DNA from: Cytophagales bacterium
GTDB lineage: Bacteria; Bacteroidota; Bacteroidia; Cytophagales; UBA9547
Direction of reading: 5' to 3'
Assembly: GCA_014376535.1 (NCBI GenBank)
Contig: JACMRH010000340.1
Location: 1-55,396, forward strand
DNA: 55,396 bases
The notes beneath the pieces are model-generated. The model searched no databases. It saw only the letters and a list, made by a program, of their open reading frames with translations, and was not told the origin of the DNA. The position numbers and the translations under genes are program-made. This document shows positions 37,742-46,978 of the stretch, in pieces; position 1 is the stretch's first letter, and the number at the start of each line of letters is the position of its first letter.

Positions 37742-37771
37742 GCAGTCAGAAAAGACATTTTTTCTGACTGC
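37742..37771 (-). terminator. intrinsic terminator of leuS
   Basis: Perfect 12-bp stem GCAGTCAGAAAA/TTTTCTGACTGC with loop GACATT. On the minus strand it is followed by AATTTTTG. Confidence 0.7.
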
Positions 37772-37781
37772 CTTAAAAACA

Positions 37782-40649
37782 TTAGAATACTACATTCACA
37801 ATCCTTTTCGGAACTACAATTACTTTTTTAATGTCTTTTCCTTCCGTCCATTTCATTACTTCAGTAGAATTTAAGACTTCCTTCTCAATATCGGCCGGAA
37901 CAGTATCAGATGGAAAGGTAAGTTTGGTTCTTACTTTTCCATTAATTGAAATAGGATATTCAAAAGCATCTTCATTTAAATATTCTGGTATAAATAGTGG
38001 GAATTTAGCTTTTGTAATGCTCCCGATTTCTTCCAGATTTCCTACAACGGGTGAAACCTCCATGCCATCATTTATTTTAAATGAGTGTAACTGGCTCCAT
38101 AGTTCTTCAGTAATATGTGGTGCATATGGCGAAAGAATAATCAATAAATCCTGAAGGATGGCCCGTTTATTACATCCAAGTTCCTGAAGTTTGTTCACAC
38201 AAACCATGAAAGTAGACACTGAGGTGTTAAATGAAAAACGCTCTATGTCTTCTTCTACTTTTTTGATGGTCAAGTGAAGTGCTTTTAACTCCTCCTTGGT
38301 AGGTTTTTCTTCACTTACATTAAAGTTTCCCACTTTGTCATGAAACAAATTCCAAAGTTTCCTGAGAAAACGGAAACTACCGTCAATACCAGAAGTATTC
38401 CAGGGTTTGAATTGCTCAAGGGGCCCTAAAAACATCTCATATAGGCGGAGAGTGTCAGCTCCATATTTATCCACAATGTCATCCGGATTTACAACATTAT
38501 ATTTTGATTTTGACATCTTCTCGACTTCATGGCCACAAATGTATTTTCCATCTTCTAAAACAAATTCTGCCTCGGCATAATCCGGTCGGGAAGCTTTAAA
38601 TAGTGAAGTGTTTAAGATATCGTTTTCAACAATATTTACATCCACATGCAAAGCCGTAGTGTCATATTGATTTTTTAAACCATAGGAAACATATTGATTT
38701 GTATCATTTATACGGTAAACAAAGTTCGACCTCCCCTGTATCATTCCCTGGTTGATCAGTTTCTTAAAAGGCTCCGCAGATGTTACTAAACCACTATCAT
38801 ACAAGAACATGTTCCAAAAACGGCTGTAAAGCAAATGACCGGTAGCATGTTCGGCACCTCCCATGTATAAATCTACCTGGTTCCAGTACTTTTCTATTTG
38901 AGGTTCAACTAATTTGTTTTGATTTTTAGCATCCATATAGCGCAAAAAATACCAGCTGGAACCTGCCCAACCAGGCATTGTACTCAATTCTAATGGATAA
39001 CCTTTGTATTTAAAATCTTTAGCTCTTGCCAAAGGAGGCTCACCAGTTTCAGTTGGCTTGTACTCATCAATTTTTGGAAGAGTAAGTGGAAGATCAGATT
39101 CTTCCATAGTGTAGGGTAAACCTTCTTTAAAATAAACAGGAATTGGTTCTCCCCAATACCTTTGCCTTGCGAAAATAGCATCCCGCTGGCGAAACATGAT
39201 TTTACCTTTCCCTATTTTCTTTTCTTCAACAAATTGTATAGCTTTTTGAATTGCTTCTGGAACAGTCAACCCATTCAGAAATCCAGAGTTGATCATCGTC
39301 CCTGCTTTAGGATCAAAATCGTCTTTGGTAATATCGGTTTTTGCTCCCTCCTGAACTGGTATAATTGGCAGGTTGTAATGAGTTGCAAACCTGAAATCTC
39401 TTTCATCAGAAGAAGGTACAGCCATAACAACCCCGGTTCCATATCCTGCCAGAACATAGTCAGCAATCCAAACAGGTATTTTTTCTCCGTTAAAAGGATT
39501 AATTGCATAACTGCCTGTAAAACATCCTGAAACAGTTTTTACATCGCTCATCCTATCTCTTTCAGAACGGTTTTTTGCTGCGTTTACGTAAGCCTCAACT
39601 TCAGCTTTGTGTTCAGGAGTAGTGAGTTTCGAAACCCATTCACCTTCAGGCGCAATTGATAAGTAAGTGACCCCAAAAGTCGTGTCAACCCTGGTCGTAA
39701 AAACAGTAAGATTTAATGCCTTCTCCGAACCGTCAACCGTCAACTGTCCATTGTCAACTTCATTGTCAACTATTTCAAAACTCACTTCAGCACCAAAAGA
39801 CTTCCCAATCCAGTTCCTCTGCATGTCTTTCATTGGTTCTGGCCAGTCAATTGTGTCAAGCCCAGACAAAAGCCTGTCTGAATACGCGGTAATGCGCATC
39901 ATCCATTGCATCATTTTTTTTCTTTCCACTGGATAACCACCACGTTCTGAAACTCCGTTTACAACTTCTTCATTGGCCAAAACTGTTCCCAATTGCGGGC
40001 ACCAGTTCACCATTGTTTCTGCCAGGTATGTTAGTCTGTATTTGAGTAAGATTTCTTGTTGTTCTTTTTCTGAAAAACCTACCCAGTCATTTGATGAAAA
40101 CGCAGCAATATCTTCGTCACAGGCCGCTAGAATATAATTATTTCCTTCCTTTTCAAACTCCGCAACAAGACTTTCAATTGGTTCAGCCTTATTTGACTTT
40201 TTGTTGTACCAGGAATGAAACAATTGAATGAAAATCCACTGAGTCCATTTATAATAATCCGGTTTACTTGTCCAGGCCTCCCTTTCCCAGTCAAATGAAA
40301 AACCAAGTTTGCCTAATTGTTCTTTATATCTGGCAATGTTGTTTTCTGTAGTAATTGCAGGATGTTGTCCTGTTTGAACTGCATATTGTTCGGCAGGCAA
40401 ACCAAAAGAGTCAAAACCCATCGGATGAAGGACGTTGAAACCTTTTAATTTTTTATAACGTGAAACTATGTCCGAAGCAATGTACCCAAGTGGGTGCCCC
40501 ACATGCAGGCCTGCCCCGGAAGGGTAAGGAAACATATCAAGTACATAATACTTAGGCTTGTCTGAAATATTTTCAGTTTTATATGTGTTATTTTCGGTCC
40601 AGAATTTCTGCCATCTGGATTCTATTTCTCTGAAATTGTACTCTGCCAT
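37782..40649 (-). CDS. leuS: leucine--tRNA ligase
   Basis: HVGHPLGY (HIGH), KMSKS, CP1 editing domain (TTRVDTTFG). Confidence 0.95.
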   Translation of the reverse strand: MAEYNFREIESRWQKFWTENNTYKTENISDKPKYYVLDMFPYPSGAGLHVGHPLGYIASDIVSRYKKLKGFNVLHPMGFDSFGLPAEQYAVQTGQHPAITTENNIARYKEQLGKLGFSFDWEREAWTSKPDYYKWTQWIFIQLFHSWYNKKSNKAEPIESLVAEFEKEGNNYILAACDEDIAAFSSNDWVGFSEKEQQEILLKYRLTYLAETMVNWCPQLGTVLANEEVVNGVSERGGYPVERKKMMQWMMRITAYSDRLLSGLDTIDWPEPMKDMQRNWIGKSFGAEVSFEIVDNEVDNGQLTVDGSEKALNLTVFTTRVDTTFGVTYLSIAPEGEWVSKLTTPEHKAEVEAYVNAAKNRSERDRMSDVKTVSGCFTGSYAINPFNGEKIPVWIADYVLAGYGTGVVMAVPSSDERDFRFATHYNLPIIPVQEGAKTDITKDDFDPKAGTMINSGFLNGLTVPEAIQKAIQFVEEKKIGKGKIMFRQRDAIFARQRYWGEPIPVYFKEGLPYTMEESDLPLTLPKIDEYKPTETGEPPLARAKDFKYKGYPLELSTMPGWAGSSWYFLRYMDAKNQNKLVEPQIEKYWNQVDLYMGGAEHATGHLLYSRFWNMFLYDSGLVTSAEPFKKLINQGMIQGRSNFVYRINDTNQYVSYGLKNQYDTTALHVDVNIVENDILNTSLFKASRPDYAEAEFVLEDGKYICGHEVEKMSKSKYNVVNPDDIVDKYGADTLRLYEMFLGPLEQFKPWNTSGIDGSFRFLRKLWNLFHDKVGNFNVSEEKPTKEELKALHLTIKKVEEDIERFSFNTSVSTFMVCVNKLQELGCNKRAILQDLLIILSPYAPHITEELWSQLHSFKINDGMEVSPVVGNLEEIGSITKAKFPLFIPEYLNEDAFEYPISINGKVRTKLTFPSDTVPADIEKEVLNSTEVMKWTEGKDIKKVIVVPKRIVNVVF
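39724..39770 (-). repeat. GTTGAC-type heptad/tandem repeat lying in frame inside leuS
   Basis: The minus strand reads GTTGACAATGAA GTTGACAATGGACA GTTGACG GTTGACG GTTCGGA, which encodes [15 protein letters not shown]. Confidence 0.7.
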
Positions 40650-40666
40650 TTTTGCTGGGAAAAGGG

Positions 40667-40674
40667 CAAAGATA
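40667..40674 (-). promoter_or_regulatory. -7 box TATCTTTG for leuS
   Basis: Exact TAnnTTTG about 18 nt upstream of the leuS ATG. Confidence 0.4.
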
Positions 40675-40762
40675 ATATATTGTACTTAACGGATAAGTGT
40701 AGAAATTTTGCTAAAATTCAGAGCATCAAGATTTGGTTGAATTTCTTTAATATTTATCGTAG

Positions 40763-41269
40763 ATGAATTTCACTGCAGTTCTCGAAAAATTTGAAGGCAA
40801 CCTTTGGTCATACTACCTGGTTGTTCCAGTTAGTATTGCTTTACCTTATATTTCTGATGATGGAGATAGAAGGGTAGTATGCACATTAAATAATCAAACA
40901 GAATTTCAATGCGCTTTAATGCACAAAGGTGACGGCAATTTTTTCATCAACATCAACAAAAAAATAAGGGATAGCCTCAAATTAAAGCTAGCAACCCAGG
41001 TGTCTGTAAGCCTTCGGAAAGATGAAAGTGAGTATGGACTACCCATGCCTGATGAACTAAATGAAACTTTACTTCAGGATGAAGATGGACATGAAATATT
41101 TCACGCTTTATCACCTGGCAAGCAAAGAACACTTATTTATATTGCCAGCTCAGTAAAAGACACTCAAAAACGGATAAACAGGGCAATTGCAATCGTCACC
41201 CATCTAAAAAGTACCAATGGTAAAATCAATTTTAAGCAACTGAATGAATTGCTTAAAATCAAGAATTAG
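40763..41269 (+). CDS. YdeI/OmpD-associated family protein (DUF1905-like N-terminal domain)
   Basis: The pattern FEGNLWSYYLVVP...GDRRVVCTLN...ALSPGKQRTLIYI resembles DUF1905 plus the YdeI C-terminal region. Confidence 0.65.
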   Translation: MNFTAVLEKFEGNLWSYYLVVPVSIALPYISDDGDRRVVCTLNNQTEFQCALMHKGDGNFFININKKIRDSLKLKLATQVSVSLRKDESEYGLPMPDELNETLLQDEDGHEIFHALSPGKQRTLIYIASSVKDTQKRINRAIAIVTHLKSTNGKINFKQLNELLKIKN

Positions 41270-41619
41270 TTTATTAAAGCATCTGCGGACAATCCTAGTC
41301 CTCTTTTAAGGTTTTTAATCATTTCTAAAGTAAGGCTCCTCTTTCTGTTTAGGATTTTAGATACCGCACCTCTGTTTCCTAAATATTCCACCAGATCTTT
41401 CTGTTTTAATGATTTTTGCTCCATTATGAATTTTAAATACTCCACTGGATCAGGTTCAGGAATCGGATAATGAATTAAATCGTATTGCCTTACAAGTAAT
41501 ATCAGTAATTCAACCTCATTGCCATCGGCTGTTCCAGGTACTGCATGGAATAACTCATCAATGCGTTTTACTACCTCGTTGTACTCCTGTTCATTGCTAA
41601 TAAGTTTTGTAATTTTCAT
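41266..41619 (-). CDS. higA: type II antitoxin, HigA-like HTH (XRE) protein
   Basis: C-terminal HTH (KQKDLVEYLGNRGAVSKILNRKRSLTLEMIKNL), 117 aa. Its start overlaps the higB stop (ATGA). Confidence 0.75.
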   Translation of the reverse strand: MKITKLISNEQEYNEVVKRIDELFHAVPGTADGNEVELLILLVRQYDLIHYPIPEPDPVEYLKFIMEQKSLKQKDLVEYLGNRGAVSKILNRKRSLTLEMIKNLKRGLGLSADALIN

Positions 41620-41930
41620 CAGATAATTGGTTCAATAGTTTTAGCATTAACTTTATCATATTCTGCATGTGTACCGAAAAATTTTACCATTACCCGTTTA
41701 TAATTAAAGCTAAACCTCACAATAATTCTGTAAGAATTTTCTTTAATATTAAATACTACCCTGTCATCTCCTATTAAAGAACAAGAAGGAAAATCCTTTT
41801 TAAGTTCATAGAAATTTTTCCAATCAGCTTTTTCAATAGTTTTAAACCAATCTATTATATGTTCCTGAACCTCGGGATGTTTTGTGCAATAGAAGGCCAA
41901 TAATGCCCAAGCGATAACATTGTAGCTCAT
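41619..41930 (-). CDS. higB: type II toxin, HigB family (mRNA interferase)
   Basis: KHPEVQEHIIDWFKTIEKADWKNFYELKKDFPSCS...VFNIKENSYRIIV...FFGTHAEYDKV. Start set at the ATG at 41930 (103 aa); the ORF-track extension to 42023 covers the promoter and operator region. Confidence 0.75.
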   Translation of the reverse strand: MSYNVIAWALLAFYCTKHPEVQEHIIDWFKTIEKADWKNFYELKKDFPSCSLIGDDRVVFNIKENSYRIIVRFSFNYKRVMVKFFGTHAEYDKVNAKTIEPII

Positions 41931-41933
41931 ATA

Positions 41934-41941
41934 CAAAGTTA
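41934..41941 (-). promoter_or_regulatory. -7 box TAACTTTG abutting the higB ATG
   Basis: Exact TAnnTTTG ending 3 nt before the ATG at 41930. Confidence 0.4.
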
Positions 41942-41943
41942 AT

Positions 41944-41968
41944 AAATGTTGTAGCCATGACAACATTT
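41944..41968. promoter_or_regulatory. perfect 9-bp inverted repeat (candidate HigA operator)
   Basis: AAATGTTGT, 7-nt spacer, ACAACATTT, located 14-38 nt upstream of the higB start. Confidence 0.4.
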
Positions 41969-42003
41969 GGGAAATATTTTCATTTTTACAGACCCAAATT
42001 TTA

Positions 42004-42011
42004 TAACTTTG
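42004..42011 (+). promoter_or_regulatory. -7 box TAACTTTG abutting the recJ ATG
   Basis: Exact TAnnTTTG ending 3 nt before the ATG at 42015. Confidence 0.4.
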
Positions 42012-42014
42012 TTT

Positions 42015-43730
42015 ATGCCACAAATCAAACGCTGGAAAACAAAACCCTTACCTGATTCTACAGAGGTAATGGATTTGGCGAAATCTTTAAATGTCAACCA
42101 GTATCTGGCAACAATTTTAGTGCAAAGAGGCATCCAGAATTTTGATCAGGCAAAAGCTTTTTTTCGGCCTGACATATCAGAACTTCATGATCCATTTCTA
42201 ATGAAGGATATGCAGAAAGCAATCGACCGTATTGTTTATGCAATTGAAAATAAGGAAAAGATCCTGATTTATGGAGATTATGATGTAGACGGGACCACCT
42301 CTGTTGCGCTAGTTTATGATTTCTTAACCAATTATCATCCCTTTCTGGACTTTTATATACCTGACCGCCATATTGAAGGCTATGGTATTTCTTACCAGGG
42401 AATTAATTATGCAGATCAGAATGGAATAAGCCTCATAATTGCATTGGATTGTGGAATAAAAGCGGTTGATCAGGTCCAATATGCCAGAGAAAAAGGAATA
42501 GACTTTATTATTTGCGACCATCATAATCCAGGCGAGACCGTTCCCTCTGCAATTGCATGCCTAGACCCTAAACAGCTTGATTGTCAATATCCTTATAAAG
42601 AACTTTCAGGTTGCGGTGTAGGCTTTAAATTGATGCAGGCATTTTGCCTTCAGCATGACATTAATCAGGAACAATTAATTGAATACCTTGATCTTGTGGC
42701 GATTAGTATTGGTTCTGATATCGTTCCAATTACCGGCGAAAACAGGATTCTTACATATTTCGGTCTGCAAAAAATTAACCAACGCAAAAGGCCAGGAATA
42801 AAGGCTCTTATTGATATTGCCGGATTTAAAAAGGATTTGACAGTAACCAATGTGGTATTCGGACTAGGACCCAGAATTAATGCTGCCGGAAGAATCAAAC
42901 ATGGTAAAGCCAGTGTAGAATTATTAATTTCCAAAACTGATCAGGAAGCACAAGAAAATGCTTTGGAATTAAACAAGCGAAATTTAACAAGGAGAGACCT
43001 AGATTCCGGTACTCTTTTGGAAGCTATTGCGTTAATTGAAGATAATGAAGAATCTGTTTCAGCCAAAAGCACAGTCCTTTTCAAAAACGATTGGCACAAA
43101 GGGGTTATCGGAATAGTAGCTTCAAAATGCATAGAACAATATTACAGACCAACTGTAATTCTAACTGAGTCAAATGAAAAAGCTACAGGTTCTGCAAGGA
43201 CCGTAGAAGGTTTTGATCTGTATGAAGCAATTTGTGAATGTTCAGATTTACTGGAACAATTTGGTGGGCATACGCATGCAGCCGGATTGACTTTAAAATT
43301 GGAAAACATCCCTGCTTTCAAGGCCAGGTTTGAAGAAGTTGTCACCAAAAGGATTTTGCCTGATCAATTAATCCCTGTAGTAAATATTGACATTGAATTG
43401 CCTTTAGATGCAATAACCGAGAAATTTAATAATGTTCTTTCACAAATGGAGCCTTTTGGTCCTCAGAATATGAGTCCTGTTTTTAAGTGTGCCAACGTCT
43501 TGCCACTAAATGCAAGGTTAATGAAAGATGAACATCTTAAATTCAGTTTAAAACAGACTAATGGCAATGAAATAGACGTTATCGGCTTTGGAATGAGCCA
43601 CTGCTACGATTCTGTATTAAACAACCAGCCTGTAGACATTTGCTTTTCGGTGGAAATGAATGAATTTAACAATAAGAAATCCTTGCAACTTCTATTGAAA
43701 GATTTACGCTGCACAAAAGATTTTTTGTAA
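42015..43730 (+). CDS. recJ: single-stranded-DNA-specific exonuclease RecJ
   Basis: DHH motifs (YGDYDVDGTTS, DCG, ICDHH) and DHHA1 (GGHTHAAG). I prefer the ATG at 42015. Confidence 0.9.
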   Translation: MPQIKRWKTKPLPDSTEVMDLAKSLNVNQYLATILVQRGIQNFDQAKAFFRPDISELHDPFLMKDMQKAIDRIVYAIENKEKILIYGDYDVDGTTSVALVYDFLTNYHPFLDFYIPDRHIEGYGISYQGINYADQNGISLIIALDCGIKAVDQVQYAREKGIDFIICDHHNPGETVPSAIACLDPKQLDCQYPYKELSGCGVGFKLMQAFCLQHDINQEQLIEYLDLVAISIGSDIVPITGENRILTYFGLQKINQRKRPGIKALIDIAGFKKDLTVTNVVFGLGPRINAAGRIKHGKASVELLISKTDQEAQENALELNKRNLTRRDLDSGTLLEAIALIEDNEESVSAKSTVLFKNDWHKGVIGIVASKCIEQYYRPTVILTESNEKATGSARTVEGFDLYEAICECSDLLEQFGGHTHAAGLTLKLENIPAFKARFEEVVTKRILPDQLIPVVNIDIELPLDAITEKFNNVLSQMEPFGPQNMSPVFKCANVLPLNARLMKDEHLKFSLKQTNGNEIDVIGFGMSHCYDSVLNNQPVDICFSVEMNEFNNKKSLQLLLKDLRCTKDFL

Positions 43731-43738
43731 AGCGTAGT

Positions 43739-43746
43739 TATATTTG
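43739..43746 (+). promoter_or_regulatory. -7 box TATATTTG for the outer-membrane protein gene at 43761
   Basis: Exact TAnnTTTG 14 nt upstream of the ATG. Confidence 0.4.
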
Positions 43747-43760
43747 AAAAACTCTTTAAA

Positions 43761-44399
43761 ATGTCCCGCTATATTTTAGTTATCACTTTCATTATTTCAT
43801 TTTATCATTCTTATTCTCAGGAAATAGTTAATGAGAAAAAAAATAAAATTTATTTAGATGCTTATTGGGGAGGCCCTCAGTTAACACCGATCGTGATTAA
43901 TTCAAATATGAATAAGGTACATGCTAAGGGCTTAGGTCCTTTTGGTGCCAGGGCTGATTTTTTTCTAAGCGACCGACATAGTTTAGGTGTAGATGTTAAC
44001 TATATGCAAATTTATCTTTCAAGTACTTCCACATTTTATGTAACAGAAAATGGAATGAAATCAGGCGCGCCATTAAATAGTTATACCTTTTCTAAGTTAA
44101 GGGTATATTTAAGATATGCTTATCATATGATTCAAAAAGATAAAATAGACTTTTATTTACATGCCGGGATAGGGGCTTCAATCTGGTCTCCAAATCAAAT
44201 TAAGATTGAAGAGGTAAACAGTGCCAGCAATGGATATACCACTTCAGTTAAATACGTCGAAGTTAAGAATGCAGTTCCTATTGGGTTTCGGACAGGTATA
44301 GGATTTCGTTATCTCTTCACAAAAAATATTGGCTTAAATGTAGACCTTGGGCTTGGCGGCCCCTTATTAACTGCGGGATTAACTTTAAGGCTTAAATAA
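43761..44399 (+). CDS. outer-membrane beta-barrel domain protein
   Basis: Signal peptide, alternating hydrophobic beta pattern, C-terminal GLTLRLK. Confidence 0.6.
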   Translation: MSRYILVITFIISFYHSYSQEIVNEKKNKIYLDAYWGGPQLTPIVINSNMNKVHAKGLGPFGARADFFLSDRHSLGVDVNYMQIYLSSTSTFYVTENGMKSGAPLNSYTFSKLRVYLRYAYHMIQKDKIDFYLHAGIGASIWSPNQIKIEEVNSASNGYTTSVKYVEVKNAVPIGFRTGIGFRYLFTKNIGLNVDLGLGGPLLTAGLTLRLK

Positions 44400-44570
44400 A
44401 CCTCGTAGGTTAAAGGTTATTATATAGGGTGAGGTGTTTAATCGGGCCACCCGCAATATTGACAGTCTGTGTAAAAAGTGTGAGATTATATTAAGAAAGC
44501 AGTTAACCTTACTTCTGAGCTTTTATGCTTATCCTAATTTTAAATTAACGCCCCCAGCAGGATTTTGAAT

Positions 44571-45335
44571 ATGGTATCAGTTTATAGTGAAAAAGATTTT
44601 ATAAAATTAATAAACAATAAGAGGCAATCTGATCAGGTTACAGATCCTGAAGAAGTGATAAAAGCTCACAAAGAGATTTTTGAGTTTATGGAAAAGCTTC
44701 CAGGCACATTCTGTTTCATATACGATTTTTTCAATTTCAAGTATATTTTAGTAAGCAAGTCAATTCGTAGCATTATTGGGCAATCGGAAGATGTATTGCT
44801 TAAAGGTGGATTTCAAGAATGTCTCAAGTATTTTCATCCGGAGGATAAAGAAAATATTGCATTTATACACCAGAAATTGTTTTCTTTTTTACATAGCCAA
44901 AATGCTGAGGAATTAAAGGAATTTAGGTTTGATTTTAATTATAGAGTCTTAAATGCCAAGGGAAATTATATTCAACTACTTCAGCAAAGTGCATTTACTA
45001 CCATCTTAGATGGAAAACCATTATATGATTTTAGTACTTGTACAGATGTTACTCAACAAAAAAGAAATTCAAGAATGGAATTAAACATCTATAGATTGGA
45101 TGAAAATAACTCATATAATTTAATATATGAATATGTTGTGCCAGGTACTATTGGCTTTGGTGTAAGTATCTCTGAATTTAAAATTTTAAAAATGGCCGCA
45201 GATGGCATGTCCTCAAGAGATATTGCTGAAAAATCCTGTAGATCTATTCATACTATTAACAACCAGAGAAGAAGTATTCTTTCGAAAACCAAATCCAATA
45301 CCTTGGCGGAAGCAATGTTAAAAATTGAAATTTAA
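44571..45335 (+). CDS. LuxR/GerE-family transcriptional regulator with an N-terminal PAS-like sensor domain
   Basis: C-terminal HTH: SEFKILKMAADGMSSRDIAEKSCRSIHTINNQRRSILSKT. The ATG at 44571 lies two codons downstream of the ORF-track TTG start at 44565. Confidence 0.7.
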   Translation: MVSVYSEKDFIKLINNKRQSDQVTDPEEVIKAHKEIFEFMEKLPGTFCFIYDFFNFKYILVSKSIRSIIGQSEDVLLKGGFQECLKYFHPEDKENIAFIHQKLFSFLHSQNAEELKEFRFDFNYRVLNAKGNYIQLLQQSAFTTILDGKPLYDFSTCTDVTQQKRNSRMELNIYRLDENNSYNLIYEYVVPGTIGFGVSISEFKILKMAADGMSSRDIAEKSCRSIHTINNQRRSILSKTKSNTLAEAMLKIEI

Positions 45336-45479
45336 ATTTGTTTGTTTGGTTTAGTCGATTACTGTATGGATCAAAGTTCAAATATTTAAAAATAGATGTC
45401 AATAGTTACTATTCGTTATTTTTTACCTTCACCGCAATCAATAATTCCCTGATACAGAATCTTATTTGCAAATAGAAAG

Positions 45480-45487
45480 TAAATTTG
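45480..45487 (+). promoter_or_regulatory. -7 box TAAATTTG abutting the thiH ATG
   Basis: Exact TAnnTTTG ending 4 nt before the ATG at 45492. Confidence 0.4.
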
Positions 45488-45491
45488 TCTC

Positions 45492-46610
45492 ATGACATTT
45501 ACTGAAGTTTTTGATCGTTATAACTGGGATGATGTAAAGCTTTCAATTGCATCTAAAACCTCTGCGGATGTTGAGAATGCCCTATTGAAGACATCTTCGC
45601 GCACTCTTGAAGATTTTAAGGCTTTAATTTCTCCAGCTGGCGCTTTCTATCTAGAGCAAATGGCTCAACTAAGTCACCAGATAACATTGAAAAGGTTTGG
45701 TAATACAATTCAAATGTTTATCCCATTGTATTTATCAAATGAATGCCATAATGTATGTACTTACTGTGGCTTTAGCTTGGGAAATAAGGTTAAAAGAAAA
45801 ACTTTGTCTGATATGGAGATATTAGCCGAAGTAAAGGTTATTAAGGATTTAGGTTTTGATCATGTCTTAATTGTCACTGGAGAAGATCAAACGCATGTTG
45901 GCCAGGAATATTTTAAAAATGCTTTAAAATTGATCCGCCCCTATTTTTCACATATTTCCATGGAAGTTCAGCCTTTAGATGAAAATGAATATAAGGAATT
46001 AATTTCCCTGGGTTTAAATACAGTACTCGTTTATCAGGAAACTTACCATAAAGAAGATTACAGAAAACACCACCCCAAGGGTAAAAAAGCACAATTTAAT
46101 TATAGATTAGAAACTCCAGACAGACTTGGTAATGCAGGTATTTACAAAATGGGATTAGGTGTTTTATTTGGATTAGAAGATTGGCGTACTGATAGTTATT
46201 TCACAGCCTTACACCTTAATTACCTTGAAAAAACGTACTGGCAATCTAAGTATTCCATTTCATTTCCCAGGTTAAGGCCTTTTTCTGGCGGATTAGAACC
46301 AAAAGTTGAGATGACTGATAAGGATTTGGTTCAATTAATTTGCGCCTACAGAATTTACAATGAAGAAGTAGAATTATCATTATCAACAAGGGAAAGCCCA
46401 GAATTCAGAGACAATGTATTTAAATTAGGCATAACAAGCCTAAGTGCAGGTTCAAAAACAAACCCTGGTGGTTATGCAATCGAAAAGGAATCTCTTGAAC
46501 AATTTGAAATTGATGATGATAGAAGTCCTAAAGTAATTGAACAAATGCTTAATGCTCAAGGATATGAAGCCATTTGGAAAGATTGGGACAGAAGTTATAG
46601 CTTGTTGTAA
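45492..46610 (+). CDS. thiH: 2-iminoacetate synthase (tyrosine lyase) ThiH, radical SAM
   Basis: Appears collinear with E. coli ThiH as I recall it: NWDDVKL..., PLYLSNECHNVCTYCGFS (CxxxCxxC), YQETYH, FPRLRP, LSTRES, WKDWD. Confidence 0.9.
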   Translation: MTFTEVFDRYNWDDVKLSIASKTSADVENALLKTSSRTLEDFKALISPAGAFYLEQMAQLSHQITLKRFGNTIQMFIPLYLSNECHNVCTYCGFSLGNKVKRKTLSDMEILAEVKVIKDLGFDHVLIVTGEDQTHVGQEYFKNALKLIRPYFSHISMEVQPLDENEYKELISLGLNTVLVYQETYHKEDYRKHHPKGKKAQFNYRLETPDRLGNAGIYKMGLGVLFGLEDWRTDSYFTALHLNYLEKTYWQSKYSISFPRLRPFSGGLEPKVEMTDKDLVQLICAYRIYNEEVELSLSTRESPEFRDNVFKLGITSLSAGSKTNPGGYAIEKESLEQFEIDDDRSPKVIEQMLNAQGYEAIWKDWDRSYSLL

Positions 46611-46817
46611 AAAAAAATTAAATATTTTTTTGAGAGGCATTCTAAGACTTGTTTTCTGAAAATTCATCAAGAATTTTAATTATTGACCTTTATGAGAAAG
46701 TTATTTTAGAAATACTGAAGGGCATTATTTTAAAAACACAATTTTTTCTCCTTATTATTTCAAATTCTGGTTTAGTTTTGAGGTTAACCATTCAAAAACC
46801 ATATAAAATCCATGGCG

Positions 46818-46825
46818 TATATTTG
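46818..46825 (+). promoter_or_regulatory. -7 box TATATTTG upstream of the 34-aa ORF
   Basis: Exact TAnnTTTG 21 nt upstream of the ATG at 46847. No good -33 TTG was seen. Confidence 0.35.
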
Positions 46826-46846
46826 TTTAACAATTAACACAACGTC

Positions 46847-46951
46847 ATGATAAAAAATATTTTTGCTCCGAATAACGCGCTTGGTATCGCCCTTGTGATG
46901 TTTTGGGTGTTCGCTATTACGGTAGCGTCATTCGTTCAGCATCTGCTTTAA
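46847..46951 (+). CDS. small hydrophobic peptide, 34 aa (MIKNIFAPNNALGIALVMFWVFAITVASFVQHLL); not in the ORF track
   Basis: Hand-translated ATG...TAA. It contains a single predicted TM helix and forms a local GC-rich island in very AT-rich flanks. It is bracketed by a -7 box and a strong terminator. Confidence 0.4.
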   Translation: MIKNIFAPNNALGIALVMFWVFAITVASFVQHLL

Positions 46952-46978
46952 TACTCCGACTTACCTGAAAATTTATAT

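Noticed and set aside
45336-45491. TPP (THI-box) riboswitch expected upstream of thiH.
   Set aside because: I read both strands and found none of the conserved core elements (CTGAGA, ACCTGATCTGGATAATGCCAGCG-like). An Infernal scan would be decisive.
46649-46837. 62-aa TTG-initiated ORF in the spacer after thiH.
   Set aside because: The stretch is extremely AT-rich with Ile/Leu/Lys/Phe-dominated composition, and the start is not an ATG. It would also run through the -7 box of the 34-aa peptide gene. It is most likely a chance ORF.
45492-46951. A RiPP-like pair: radical SAM enzyme plus downstream small peptide.
   Set aside because: The radical SAM protein looks like an orthodox ThiH along its whole length, not a SPASM/RiPP maturase. 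The peptide has its own promoter 200 nt away and is a plain TM helix without a leader/core organisation. No protease or transporter is nearby.
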